A stretch of DNA of 23,673 nucleotides from an uncultured Oligoflexus sp. (GTDB taxonomy: Bacteria > Bdellovibrionota_B > Oligoflexia > Oligoflexales > Oligoflexaceae). The stretch is taken from positions 1 through 23,673 of the forward strand of contig CAXSGP010000076.1 of NCBI GenBank assembly GCA_964236955.1, in the 5' to 3' direction. The position numbers and the translations under genes are program-made. The notes beneath the pieces were generated by a model. It made no database searches, was not told where the DNA came from, and saw only the letters and a program-made list of their open reading frames with translations. Below are positions 8,480-17,247 of this stretch, piece after piece; position 1 is the stretch's first letter, and every line of letters starts with the position of its first letter.

Positions 8480-9064
8480 TCAAATGCCTTCGGTGCCTGT
8501 TTTGCTCGACTCATTAAAATCTATTTTTTGGTGCTCATCCTTATCAGCCTTATAGGTTTCACCGCTAAGAATCGCTTTGGTGAAGCCAACAATTTCCACA
8601 AAAGAGCTTGAACGTGTGTCCCAAAATTCAGCTCTTTCAATGTATACCTTCATCAATGCGCAATGAGCATCATCCACACCTTCGGGGAACCAGGCCTTGA
8701 AAGCGGGCTTCCAAAGTTCTTTTTTCTTGTCTAGATCATGGACGATTTCGCCTAGGCCGCTCACCGAAACATAGCGATTTTTCTCTGGCATGGCATAGCT
8801 AAGATTCACGCGAGGATCCGACCCGACTTCTTGGGCCTTCGCACTATGATCGCTCGTAAAGAACCAAAAGGTTCCATCGGGAGTCGACTCGACAGTTTGC
8901 ATAGGACGGCTCCGCAGATTGCCTTCCTTATCCTGGGTCGTCATCATTGCCATCTTAACGTCCGTGATGAGTTCAAGAAGATGATTCATCGCCTCGCTTT
9001 TACTCATTTTGCTCTTTTCCTTTTGATCATCTACTGGACGTGATTGGCCTTTTTGCTTTTCCAT
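8480..9064 (-). CDS. General stress protein 26-like / pyridoxamine 5'-phosphate oxidase-like FMN-binding split-barrel protein
   Basis: Motifs AMMTT..GNLRSRPM, FWFFTS..SAK, VNLSYA, YVSVSG, LWKPAFKAWFPEGVDD and AEFWD. Confidence 0.9.
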   Translation of the reverse strand: MEKQKGQSRPVDDQKEKSKMSKSEAMNHLLELITDVKMAMMTTQDKEGNLRSRPMQTVESTPDGTFWFFTSDHSAKAQEVGSDPRVNLSYAMPEKNRYVSVSGLGEIVHDLDKKKELWKPAFKAWFPEGVDDAHCALMKVYIERAEFWDTRSSSFVEIVGFTKAILSGETYKADKDEHQKIDFNESSKTGTEGI

Positions 9065-9127
9065 GCCTCATTCCTCTTTTGGTGATTCTTGTCAGGCTTT
9101 TTTAATGGCGTCTTTTATCCATTCCCA

Positions 9128-9571
9128 TCAATGAAGCGTATCTAAACAACGATTGAGAGCCTCAATATGCTCCTTTTGCCGAAGCTGAAGACGTTCGGTC
9201 AGTAACGATTTAAGGTCGGGCAGAAGATCGGGATCATCCATTATAGCCTGATATTCTTTAAGCCCATGCTCTTCGCCTTCCTTGAGTGCTTTTATTGATG
9301 CCGTATCACCAAAAAGACTTGCTGTCCCTTCTACTGTTTTTGCCCAAAGGCCCCACGCACCCGAGCTTTCATCCGCAATACCCCCAAATTGGCGAATTTC
9401 TTCGCGAAGCAGCCTCACAGCCTGGGCATGTTCGTTCGATATTCTTTCCAGTGCGGCGATCGCTGAGACATTGGATACGCGTTCGAGAGCCTGCTGATAG
9501 GTTTCCACCGCCGAAAGCTCGCCGCGCAAAAGACGGTTTAATGGTTCAATTCCATTCTGTAGGGTTTCCAT
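9128..9571 (-). CDS. DUF2383 (PA2169-like) ferritin-like four-helix bundle protein
   Basis: Motifs LNRLLRGELSAVETYQQAL, H..AV..L...I...GG, SSGAWG and LKEGEEHGLKEY. Start placed at ATG 9571 after an AGGAG SD. Confidence 0.85.
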   Translation of the reverse strand: METLQNGIEPLNRLLRGELSAVETYQQALERVSNVSAIAALERISNEHAQAVRLLREEIRQFGGIADESSGAWGLWAKTVEGTASLFGDTASIKALKEGEEHGLKEYQAIMDDPDLLPDLKSLLTERLQLRQKEHIEALNRCLDTLH

Positions 9572-9710
9572 AATCACTCCTATGTGAAAACAATGAGAAA
9601 AATTAGAAAATCAAAATCAGAACGTCTGCAGCGAAAATCATACAGACTGTCCTTCACTGCCTACGACAAGGGCTCTGATAAGGTCGTAGACTTGTATCCC
9701 CTCGATCTAT

Positions 9711-9726
9711 TGCAATATGAGGGCCG
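9711..9726 (-). promoter_or_regulatory. Candidate sigma54 -24/-12 promoter for the DUF2383-GSP26 operon
   Basis: Minus strand CGGCCCTCATATTGCA, an exact GG-N10-GC with TTGCA at -12, about 140 nt upstream of the start. Confidence 0.55.
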
Positions 9727-10066
9727 TCTCTGCCCGAGTAGCAACCTTTTTCAGCAGCCCATCGATTTTAAGACTGGGATGAGAGGCCTCGGTACTTTTT
9801 ATGAGGCTGCGTTCATTTTTATCGAAAGCGCCTGCCCGGCCTCAACTTGCCGCCTGACCCTAGCCTGACGCCAGGAGTTTCGCCCTTATAAAACCGTGAA
9901 ATACAGCATAGGTGAATATCCAAACCAGGCTTTAAATACAGACTATTATTGTGCTTATCAATTAAGCCTTCACGAATTCGATACTTGCTGATAGGCTTTG
10001 CATACCTTCACCAAGAATAACCAAAAAAAACTTCAAATTCAGATCCACAAACAACGAGGAGCTTAA

Positions 10067-10789
10067 ATGCGTCTTATGGCAGGTGTTTTTGTGTTGCAAA
10101 TCCTTTCCGCCTGTGGGCAACCCACTGAAATTTCGGATACCCAGTCCCTAGTCCTGGCATCACCGTCCAGCAAATGGCCTTCGCCGCAGGCAATTCCCGT
10201 CTGCATTATGAATCGCGATGAAATCGGCGACCAACTCTATGCTGACGTAAAAAACTTTGTCACCAACGATTATGCCAGCAAGACCGGCATTCGGTTTATG
10301 GGCTGGGAGGCCTGTACGGATAGTCAAAAGAAATCGAGCGTGGTGCGGGTTCAGTTTAATCGAACTCACAACTGGGCGAGCCATTCGACAGTGGTTGCCG
10401 GCGGCGGGCTTTCCATGGTCGGCCGAAGCGCTGTGAGCTGCGGCGCCGATTGTGCCGGTGGCACGATGCGCCTCGATATTGGGGCAGATGGTGAATATCC
10501 AGCTGTCGACAGCCCTTATCGAAGCTTCGTCACCAATCGCACGCGGGCTACTGCGGTCCATGAATTTGGACATGCTATCGGGCTCATGCATGAACATGAG
10601 CGAACCGATGTCGTAAACTGCGATAGAAATACAGGCCGGGTGCAAGCGCAGCCGCCTTACGTCTATGTTGGGAAATATGATAGTGACTCGATCATGAACT
10701 ACTGTCATTCGGATAGCATTACAACGCTTTCGGCAGGAGATGTCGCGGGCATTTTATACCTGTACCCTAAACTGTCCCCAGCTCACTGA
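10067..10789 (+). CDS. Zinc metalloprotease lipoprotein (metzincin, astacin/matrixin-like)
   Basis: Lipobox LSAC, zinc motif HEFGHAIGLMHEH, Met-turn YDSDSIMNYC. GAGGAG SD upstream. Confidence 0.9.
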   Translation: MRLMAGVFVLQILSACGQPTEISDTQSLVLASPSSKWPSPQAIPVCIMNRDEIGDQLYADVKNFVTNDYASKTGIRFMGWEACTDSQKKSSVVRVQFNRTHNWASHSTVVAGGGLSMVGRSAVSCGADCAGGTMRLDIGADGEYPAVDSPYRSFVTNRTRATAVHEFGHAIGLMHEHERTDVVNCDRNTGRVQAQPPYVYVGKYDSDSIMNYCHSDSITTLSAGDVAGILYLYPKLSPAH

Positions 10790-11000
10790 CGAGACAGCAA
10801 AGACCTTAACCTATCCCATTCGAAAATCTTCGAACCTGGCGGAAGTAGGGGCGGATTCAAACGGGGAAGTGTTGAAATTGACCTTTTGATTGCTTTTTAA
10901 TCCAGTGAAAGGCGAATTGCACCGCTTCCCGATTTATCCGGCTGCCAATTTTTCAAAAGAATTTAGATTTGCCCAATTTAATAATCGGGCCGATCATAAA

Positions 11001-11924
11001 TTATGGTTGGGACACTGTGCCTGGATCAACTTTGGCTTTATCCTTTTCCTTCACTTTTCCTTTTGATCCCTTGACGGCTTTTTCTTTAGGAATCGCTTTG
11101 ATGAATCTTAGGGTCATCCGATCGCTCTCACCGATATCAGCATATTTCTGATGATCCACGTCACCCTTTTGAAAGGTGGGGGGCAGGGTCCAGACACCAT
11201 CGGGATAATCCTTGCTATCCTTGGGATTGGCATTGATCTCGGATTTGGCGTCGAGCTTAAATCCAGCCGTGGTCGCATATCGGATGACTTCGCTTTCTTT
11301 TACATATCCCGACTTAGCTTTAGGATCCTGTTTTTTCTTCGGATCAGCGCGGTGCTCAACCACACCGAGGATACCGCCTGGCTTAAGGGCGGCAAAAAAG
11401 GCTTTAAATTCCTCCTGCGCTTTATTCTGATTCATCCAATTATGAACATTACGGAAGGTTACGATCATATCCACCGGTTCGCTCACAGCGAGTGGTGTCC
11501 CAAGTTCTAAGGGAATAAAAGTAGCCTTCAGCTCGGGTTTGCCTTCAAACCAGGCCTTATATTCAGCGACCGCCTTGAGCAGCCCTTCACTACCAGTCGT
11601 TTGGACCGCAGCAATAAACTCGCCTTTAGGCGTGAGGAGAGGAGCCAGTATTTCGGAATACCAGCCTGCGCCCGGACTAATTTCGATCACCCTCATATAA
11701 GGCTCGAGACCAAAGAACTGTACTGTCTCCAAAGGATGACGAAAGGCATCGCGTTCCTTGTTAGCGGGACTACGATAGCTGCTGTCCACAGCTTCGGCAA
11801 TCGTCGTGGGCAGCGCAACGACAGGAGTCTGCTGAAGGGTTTCCACAGGAGGTTTCGGTTCGCTAGCACACGAGGCAACAGAAAAGATAGGCAAGAGGAT
11901 GAACAACGAGCGAAGGGATTTCAT
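11001..11924 (-). CDS. Predicted class I SAM-dependent methyltransferase lipoprotein (COG4798-like)
   Basis: Lipobox VASC. Motifs RDAFRHPLET, VIEISPGAGWYSEIL, TFRNVHNW, LKPGGILGVVEHRA, SEINANPKD, GVWTLPP and GESDRMTLRF. Lys-rich tail. Confidence 0.88.
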   Translation of the reverse strand: MKSLRSLFILLPIFSVASCASEPKPPVETLQQTPVVALPTTIAEAVDSSYRSPANKERDAFRHPLETVQFFGLEPYMRVIEISPGAGWYSEILAPLLTPKGEFIAAVQTTGSEGLLKAVAEYKAWFEGKPELKATFIPLELGTPLAVSEPVDMIVTFRNVHNWMNQNKAQEEFKAFFAALKPGGILGVVEHRADPKKKQDPKAKSGYVKESEVIRYATTAGFKLDAKSEINANPKDSKDYPDGVWTLPPTFQKGDVDHQKYADIGESDRMTLRFIKAIPKEKAVKGSKGKVKEKDKAKVDPGTVSQP

Positions 11925-12284
11925 AGGGACTCCATGGACTTAGGACCGGATTGTCATTGACTGAAGAGTGGCATGACCGGGCTTGGAAAGTAAACCTGAG
12001 TCAAGAAGAGTTGCTGCACAATCAAAAGCGAACAACTCATTTTCGGAAATCTAAATTGGAATTCAGGTCTCATTCTCTGGGCAGCCTTGCCTTAGACAAA
12101 ATAAGCAAATATTTATAGATTGTTAAGACTTTTTTTAAAAATCAGGTCTCATAATTTTTGCCGATTGTTATCTTCAAACCGAATCGTTTCAGTCCTTCGT
12201 TAATTTTTGTAAATCCATTTCAAGAAAAGTTTAATGCCATAACAGTCCCAAGAGTGACCCGATGCTATCCCAAGGAGTAAGAAG

Positions 12285-13082
12285 ATGTTTAAAAAATCTA
12301 GGATTTTTGCGCTGTTATTTTTGATTGGCTGGCCAGTTATGTTTGCCTGTGGAGGACCCAGCAGCTCTTCTGACGGAGCTAGCAGTAAGCTTAAGATCGT
12401 CGGCGGAACGACGGTTAGTGCCCTAAACTATAAAAACCAGTTTCAATCCATTGCTTCTCTTCGTTATGGTGGCTTGCATTTCTGCGGCGGTACCCTTATC
12501 GCAGCAAATAAAATTCTAACTGCGGCCCACTGTCTCGCCGATTTTTCCAGTTCGTCGATCAAAAACGATATAACCGTTGTGCTCGGCAGCTCACGGCTTG
12601 ATAGCAGTGTGGGAGCCCAGAGCTTCAGAGTTGCGAGTTTTAAAATAGACCCTCGCTATGATGCTGATACTAGTCAGTTCGATATGGCCGTAATTACCCT
12701 GAAAGGGGCAAGTACCCTCGCTCCCGCGAAAGTTAATACCAGCAGCAAACTACCCATCATCGGTTCCAGCACTATAGTTGCCGGATGGGGATCGACGCGT
12801 GAGGGCGGGAACGTTAGCACTCAGCTTAAAGCCACCACGGTCGCCATCGTTTCGAATGACGACTGTGAAGCAGCTTATGGCTCCAATATTTATGCAGGCA
12901 GTCTTTGCGCCTACACTCGTAGCACCGATTCTTGCCAGGGTGATTCAGGTGGGCCGCTCTACAGTTCCGATGGCACAACCTTAACTGTCGTGGGTGTTGT
13001 GAGTTGGGGTTACGGCTGCGCTCAAGCAGGTTATCCTGGCGTTTACACCCGTGTGTCGGAATTCAATCCCCTTAATTTCTAA
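12285..13082 (+). CDS. Trypsin-like S1A serine protease, lipoprotein precursor
   Basis: Lipobox MFAC, Ser-rich linker, K|IVGG, HFCGG, LTAAHC, FDMAVI, DSCQGDSGGPL and VSWGYGCAQAGYPGVYTRVS. AGGAG SD upstream. Confidence 0.95.
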   Translation: MFKKSRIFALLFLIGWPVMFACGGPSSSSDGASSKLKIVGGTTVSALNYKNQFQSIASLRYGGLHFCGGTLIAANKILTAAHCLADFSSSSIKNDITVVLGSSRLDSSVGAQSFRVASFKIDPRYDADTSQFDMAVITLKGASTLAPAKVNTSSKLPIIGSSTIVAGWGSTREGGNVSTQLKATTVAIVSNDDCEAAYGSNIYAGSLCAYTRSTDSCQGDSGGPLYSSDGTTLTVVGVVSWGYGCAQAGYPGVYTRVSEFNPLNF

Positions 13083-13337
13083 ATTTCGCAGCTTCGAGCC
13101 TAATTTTAATCTCATATTCGTCAAGACGTCCCTCCAACTGGGCCCTGGTGATTTCGGTTTCAAAGGTTCCTAGGAACCGACACCGACCGCCAGGCCCAAT
13201 TCCCTCCAGCTTCCTTTCAATTCCCAAGCACTTGAAATCGGGAAAGGGAAAGGGAAAAAGATAGCCGAATAGGCGGTCAAAGACTACAGGGCAGGGGTCA
13301 GGCTTATTTTAATGACGCTTTTGCAGACGGGTTATCG

Positions 13338-13925
13338 TCAAAAATCAATATTGTTTTGCTGCTGATTGTCCCGCTTTGTCACTGCCTTGGCATAGGATTC
13401 AAGCTGAAAATGAGTAACCGAAACTTGGACGTCGGCCTGTGGAAAAGGCTTTAAAAGGCTTTTAAGAATAGGCAGAAGGACGATCCGATAATTGGAAAAG
13501 TGAGCTGTGACGTCAAAGTGAAAGACGTTTACGGTATATCTTGGTATAACACCCATCATCGACTCATGACGAACCTCCAATCCGCCTTTGCTCAGGCGCC
13601 GGGCAATCTCACGACCCGATTTCGCCAGCGCCTTTGATTCATTTATCACTTCATCGTCATAGCTCTTCACTGAAATTGACACATTGATTCGATCGCCCGG
13701 CGTGTTCATCGCTCGCCAGAAGTTCATCGAATATTTTTCTTCGAGTTCCAGTTTAGTCCCGCCAGCCAATGTCCATGGCATCCGTTTCGAAAGGGACTTG
13801 TCCAAGGTTAATTTGGCGAACTTGGAATGATCGACTTGAATGCTCTCTTTTTTCTCGAGCCTTTCAATCATCCTTTTGGCAACGCGATGGGAGGCATGGG
13901 TGGCCCCTACTCTCTTCAATTCCAT
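13338..13925 (-). CDS. Hypothetical basic protein (195 aa)
   Basis: ATG start with AAGG upstream. Fills an otherwise empty interval. No family recognised. Confidence 0.65.
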   Translation of the reverse strand: MELKRVGATHASHRVAKRMIERLEKKESIQVDHSKFAKLTLDKSLSKRMPWTLAGGTKLELEEKYSMNFWRAMNTPGDRINVSISVKSYDDEVINESKALAKSGREIARRLSKGGLEVRHESMMGVIPRYTVNVFHFDVTAHFSNYRIVLLPILKSLLKPFPQADVQVSVTHFQLESYAKAVTKRDNQQQNNIDF

Positions 13926-14139
13926 GAAAAACCTTATGCTAGTACACCCTTTAACGGGAGGCTGCCCCCATTATGCCCTCTTAAAGCTTCGATGATATGG
14001 AAATTTTAAATACTTTAAAGTGAGAGTGGGATAAGGCGACGCCAGAGCAAAAGGAAATAGGGTAACTATTTGAAATATCTGATAGAAAAAAGCAAAAAAG
14101 GCTTTGGTCTATCGATTGCAGAAGTTTAGAGAAACCAGC

Positions 14140-14544
14140 TCAGGCTGCCTTATCGGTCATATGTTCGCAAAGCAAAAGAAAAGCTGCGTCGAGTTCGGCT
14201 TCAACAAGATCGATAAGTCGCTGCAAATCAGACACATTCAGGGCCTCGGCCGTATGTTCGACCGTGGAGCAAACTTCAGCAAGGCGCCGCACCCCAAGGT
14301 TTCGCGAGAGTCCCTTTAACTTGTGGCTCCAGTGCACCAGTGCTCCCGAATCTAGCCTCGCAAGCGCTTCGCCCAAACCTTTAAATGCAATCGGCGCCTC
14401 TTGCCTATAAATGAGAATCAGTTCGTCGACAAAGCTAGTCGGTTCCGACGGATCGTCGAGCTCCCGGAGATTGGAGATAGTAGCCTCATCGATTCTAACG
14501 AATTGGGAATAGGTTCCTTTATCATCTACCTTCATAGCGTTCAC
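14140..14544 (-). CDS. Stand-alone Hpt (histidine phosphotransfer) protein
   Basis: Motifs FVDELILIY and SHKLKGLSRNLG..RLAEVC..VE. The start may instead be ATG 14535. Lies 16 nt downstream of the response regulator. Confidence 0.88.
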   Translation of the reverse strand: MNAMKVDDKGTYSQFVRIDEATISNLRELDDPSEPTSFVDELILIYRQEAPIAFKGLGEALARLDSGALVHWSHKLKGLSRNLGVRRLAEVCSTVEHTAEALNVSDLQRLIDLVEAELDAAFLLLCEHMTDKAA

Positions 14545-14560
14545 CTTGGCGAAAGTTTTT

Positions 14561-15280
14561 TCACAGGGCTATCTTGGTCTTGGATTTCTCGGTGCCACGT
14601 TTGACAAACTTCAGGCAAACCCCCTTACCGTAATCCACTTCAATCTGAAGTGGAGCATCGATTTCAGCCAGATACCCTCTCAGCTTGGATATCCTTTTAT
14701 CGAGAGTATTACCGGCGACACTGAGTTCTCCCCATAAGCGTCTCTTTAAATTTTCTTTTGTCACAATCATCTCACGATTCTCAATCAGGATCGTAAAGAG
14801 TTTGGCCTCAAGCTTAGGCAGGTACACTCGTGTTTCGCCCACTATAACTATTCCATCCGCTTTGGAGAAGGTCAGATCACCGACTATGATTTCATCACGG
14901 TAGCGCAGTTGATTCATCTCAGCCAGGCGTGCCTGAAGTCGTCCGACTAACTCTGAGCCGTGAATAGGTTTGCGAATGAAATCGTTGGCGCCGGCCGCAA
15001 GGGCATCGCCAACCATGTCGGCATTTTCATCGGATGTCACGATAATGATTGGGGTGTACTTCCATATCAAGCGAAGATGAGGAATAACATCGAGGCCGGA
15101 GATATCAATACCAAGATGCACATCGATGAAGGCGGCAACGGGATCAAAGGAGTTGGCCCGACGAAGAAGCGTATCGCTCGAAATAAAGGGTAAAGAGGGG
15201 ATTCCGGTAGTGCGGGCGATAATTGGGGCAATCATCAAATCATCGTCAAGGGTTATCGTGTAATGTTTTTCCCTTTCCAT
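14561..15280 (-). CDS. OmpR/PhoB-family DNA-binding response regulator
   Basis: REC motifs LDDD, FIDVHL, IIIVTS and GANDFIRKP. Winged-helix motifs LPKLEAKLF, VTKENL..RLWG, NTLDKRISKLR and YGKGV. GAGG SD upstream. Confidence 0.9.
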   Translation of the reverse strand: MEREKHYTITLDDDLMIAPIIARTTGIPSLPFISSDTLLRRANSFDPVAAFIDVHLGIDISGLDVIPHLRLIWKYTPIIIVTSDENADMVGDALAAGANDFIRKPIHGSELVGRLQARLAEMNQLRYRDEIIVGDLTFSKADGIVIVGETRVYLPKLEAKLFTILIENREMIVTKENLKRRLWGELSVAGNTLDKRISKLRGYLAEIDAPLQIEVDYGKGVCLKFVKRGTEKSKTKIAL

Positions 15281-15311
15281 TTGGTTCCTCTCATGGCTTC
15301 AATTCTCAAAA

Positions 15312-15341
15312 GACAGGACTTGAAAGAGCGCTAGTCCTGTC
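15312..15341 (-). terminator. Terminator-like hairpin in the leader region of the OmpR-type regulator
   Basis: 9-bp stem GACAGGACT / AGTCCTGTC with a 12-nt loop, followed by TTTT on the minus strand about 30 nt before the start codon. Confidence 0.35.
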
Positions 15342-15784
15342 ATCGGTTAATTCGGCCGTTCCATGAACCAAAACCCAGCGACTGGACCTAAGGGATGCAC
15401 CTTTATTCGTTATTTTTTAAAGCCCGTGCCCTTCTCCTTAAGAATTCCTGAGCGAATCTCCAGGATTTAGAATTATTACGTAGGAACATCAAAGCCACTT
15501 TCCGTTCTAATACACGAAACAAAGATCCGTCAGTGCTGACGTTTGCGTCACCATTCCCAGTACGCCGTGTGCCGATTGCTTGGCAAGCAGTCGCTATAAC
15601 TGAAAATTAATGCGCGGGGCCTTATTGAAGTTCCATTGGCCTAGACAGCGCTTCCTTGAGTCGCTCCAGAGCCAAAGGCGATAGACCGACACTTTCATAG
15701 GGCCAAGCTTTGGCCAAGACTGAAAAAAAGGGGAGAGAAAATGCAAATGAAGAGCGATCATTACCTGTCTCGCGAGGTACAGCT

Positions 15785-16198
15785 ATGAATACAAGTGAGG
15801 CTCCATTATCAGGTAAGCACTTTGTGCTCATCGACGATGATCCCACGTTTCGTGCGACTTTGCTAAGATCCGCTAAGAGGAATGGGTATCAAATTGATGC
15901 CTATGAATCACTGGAGGAATTAGGCGCAGTTGGTTTATTGAATCGCTACGACGTGGCGATCGTCGATTATGATCTCGGCATTTTGAATGGCCTTGAGATA
16001 GCAGAATATTTAGAGCTGCTCTGCAGCAACACCCCGATGATTCTTGTGAGTGCCAACGATAGACGGGCCGATACTCGCCAGTGGCCCAGGTCAATAAAAA
16101 AATTCATCCAAAAATCGATGGGCTACCGTTACATCCTTGAGCAGGCTGAACGCTGTGCCCAAGACCACTTACGGCCAAGGCCCGGAGAGACTTCTTAA
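15785..16198 (+). CDS. Single-domain response regulator (REC only)
   Basis: Motifs LIDDD, IVDYDL..LNGLE, ILVSA and FIQKS. Start moved to ATG 15785, which has GAGGT upstream. Confidence 0.85.
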   Translation: MNTSEAPLSGKHFVLIDDDPTFRATLLRSAKRNGYQIDAYESLEELGAVGLLNRYDVAIVDYDLGILNGLEIAEYLELLCSNTPMILVSANDRRADTRQWPRSIKKFIQKSMGYRYILEQAERCAQDHLRPRPGETS

Positions 16199-16537
16199 GT
16201 CTAAGTTTAAGCTAAGGGTTTTGACCTGGAATTAAAGGTCATCTGTGAAGTTATTCCCAATATCAAAGACAGCAAAGGCACAACGCCCAAGCCAGCAATA
16301 GCAAAACTCAGTGATGCTGTTTTGACAAAGATTGCCGCTAAAAAGGCCACTTCTCATGAATCTTTAATTAAACTTCCCATTCTTCTTGAAATTATGCGCG
16401 GTCGACCTCAAAACAGTCTTACTTTTGAAGAGAGTTCGGACTATTCTAATGGGTATATACTGAGCAATACATGGGCGTCGGTCTCTGAATCGAGTCAGGC
16501 GATCGCGAGTTGATCTAACCCCTTTGGCGAGAGCTTC

Positions 16538-17188
16538 ATGAATGACCACGGCGCTGCTTCCCCCCTCCCCCATTCAGCATCACCTGGTGCTACGTCTTCG
16601 ACCGTCGCTCTTGGCTCGGGATACTATCTAAAGGAAATGACTGAAAAGGAATTTTTCCCGCTATTCGGCCAACACTACGAGCGTATTTTCGGCGAAGACC
16701 ATACTTTTTTTGGAGGCGACTATTACAGTGACGAGGAAAAATCCAAAATAAAGTCCTTAGGCCAAAGAATGGGCAACCTCTATCGCCTGCACCTTGCTGT
16801 CTTCTCAGAATCCCATGAGTTTGCTGGATTTTCTTTTGGCTATCAGGAGACGGCTGAAAGCTTTTATATGGTCTGCTCAGCCGTGATTGAGGAGCATCGC
16901 CGCCAGGGACTTTATTCAGCTTTGCTTGACGCCGTCGTGGCCCAGGTTGCTGAACAGGGATTTCAGATTATTTATAGCACCCATTGTGCGACGAACAATG
17001 CCGTTATAATTCCTAAGCTCAAGGCTGGCTTTGTTATAGCGAAACTTGAACTGTCCGACATGTTCGGGGTGGTTGTGAACCTTCACTACTATACCAACCC
17101 TCTGCGAAGGCGGGTGATGGACTATCGCTCCGGTCTATGCATTCCCGATGAGGAAATGAGAAGCAAGCTCAAGCTCAATAAGTCTTAG
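16538..17188 (+). CDS. GNAT-family N-acetyltransferase
   Basis: FAGFSFG strand, acetyl-CoA motif A SAVIEEHRRQGLYSALL, and NNAVIIPKLKAGF. The exact start is uncertain. Confidence 0.85.
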   Translation: MNDHGAASPLPHSASPGATSSTVALGSGYYLKEMTEKEFFPLFGQHYERIFGEDHTFFGGDYYSDEEKSKIKSLGQRMGNLYRLHLAVFSESHEFAGFSFGYQETAESFYMVCSAVIEEHRRQGLYSALLDAVVAQVAEQGFQIIYSTHCATNNAVIIPKLKAGFVIAKLELSDMFGVVVNLHYYTNPLRRRVMDYRSGLCIPDEEMRSKLKLNKS

Positions 17189-17247
17189 CACGGGATTTTG
17201 TGGAGGATAGGAATGCCGAGGCATCGGCAACGCCCCAGAGCCTGGGA

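Noticed and set aside
9584..9868. 94-aa plus-strand ORF
   Set aside because: It has no SD or recognisable motif and overlies the promoter region of the divergent DUF2383 operon.
15525..15575. GACGCAAA plus a short hairpin on the minus strand resembling a c-di-GMP-I riboswitch
   Set aside because: It lacks the GCAAAC-stem-GNRA arm and tetraloop-receptor stem in the correct order. An Infernal hit would be needed.
16322..16513. 63-aa ORF before the GNAT as a possible modified-peptide precursor
   Set aside because: TTG start, no SD, no leader or core features, and no other biosynthetic genes nearby.
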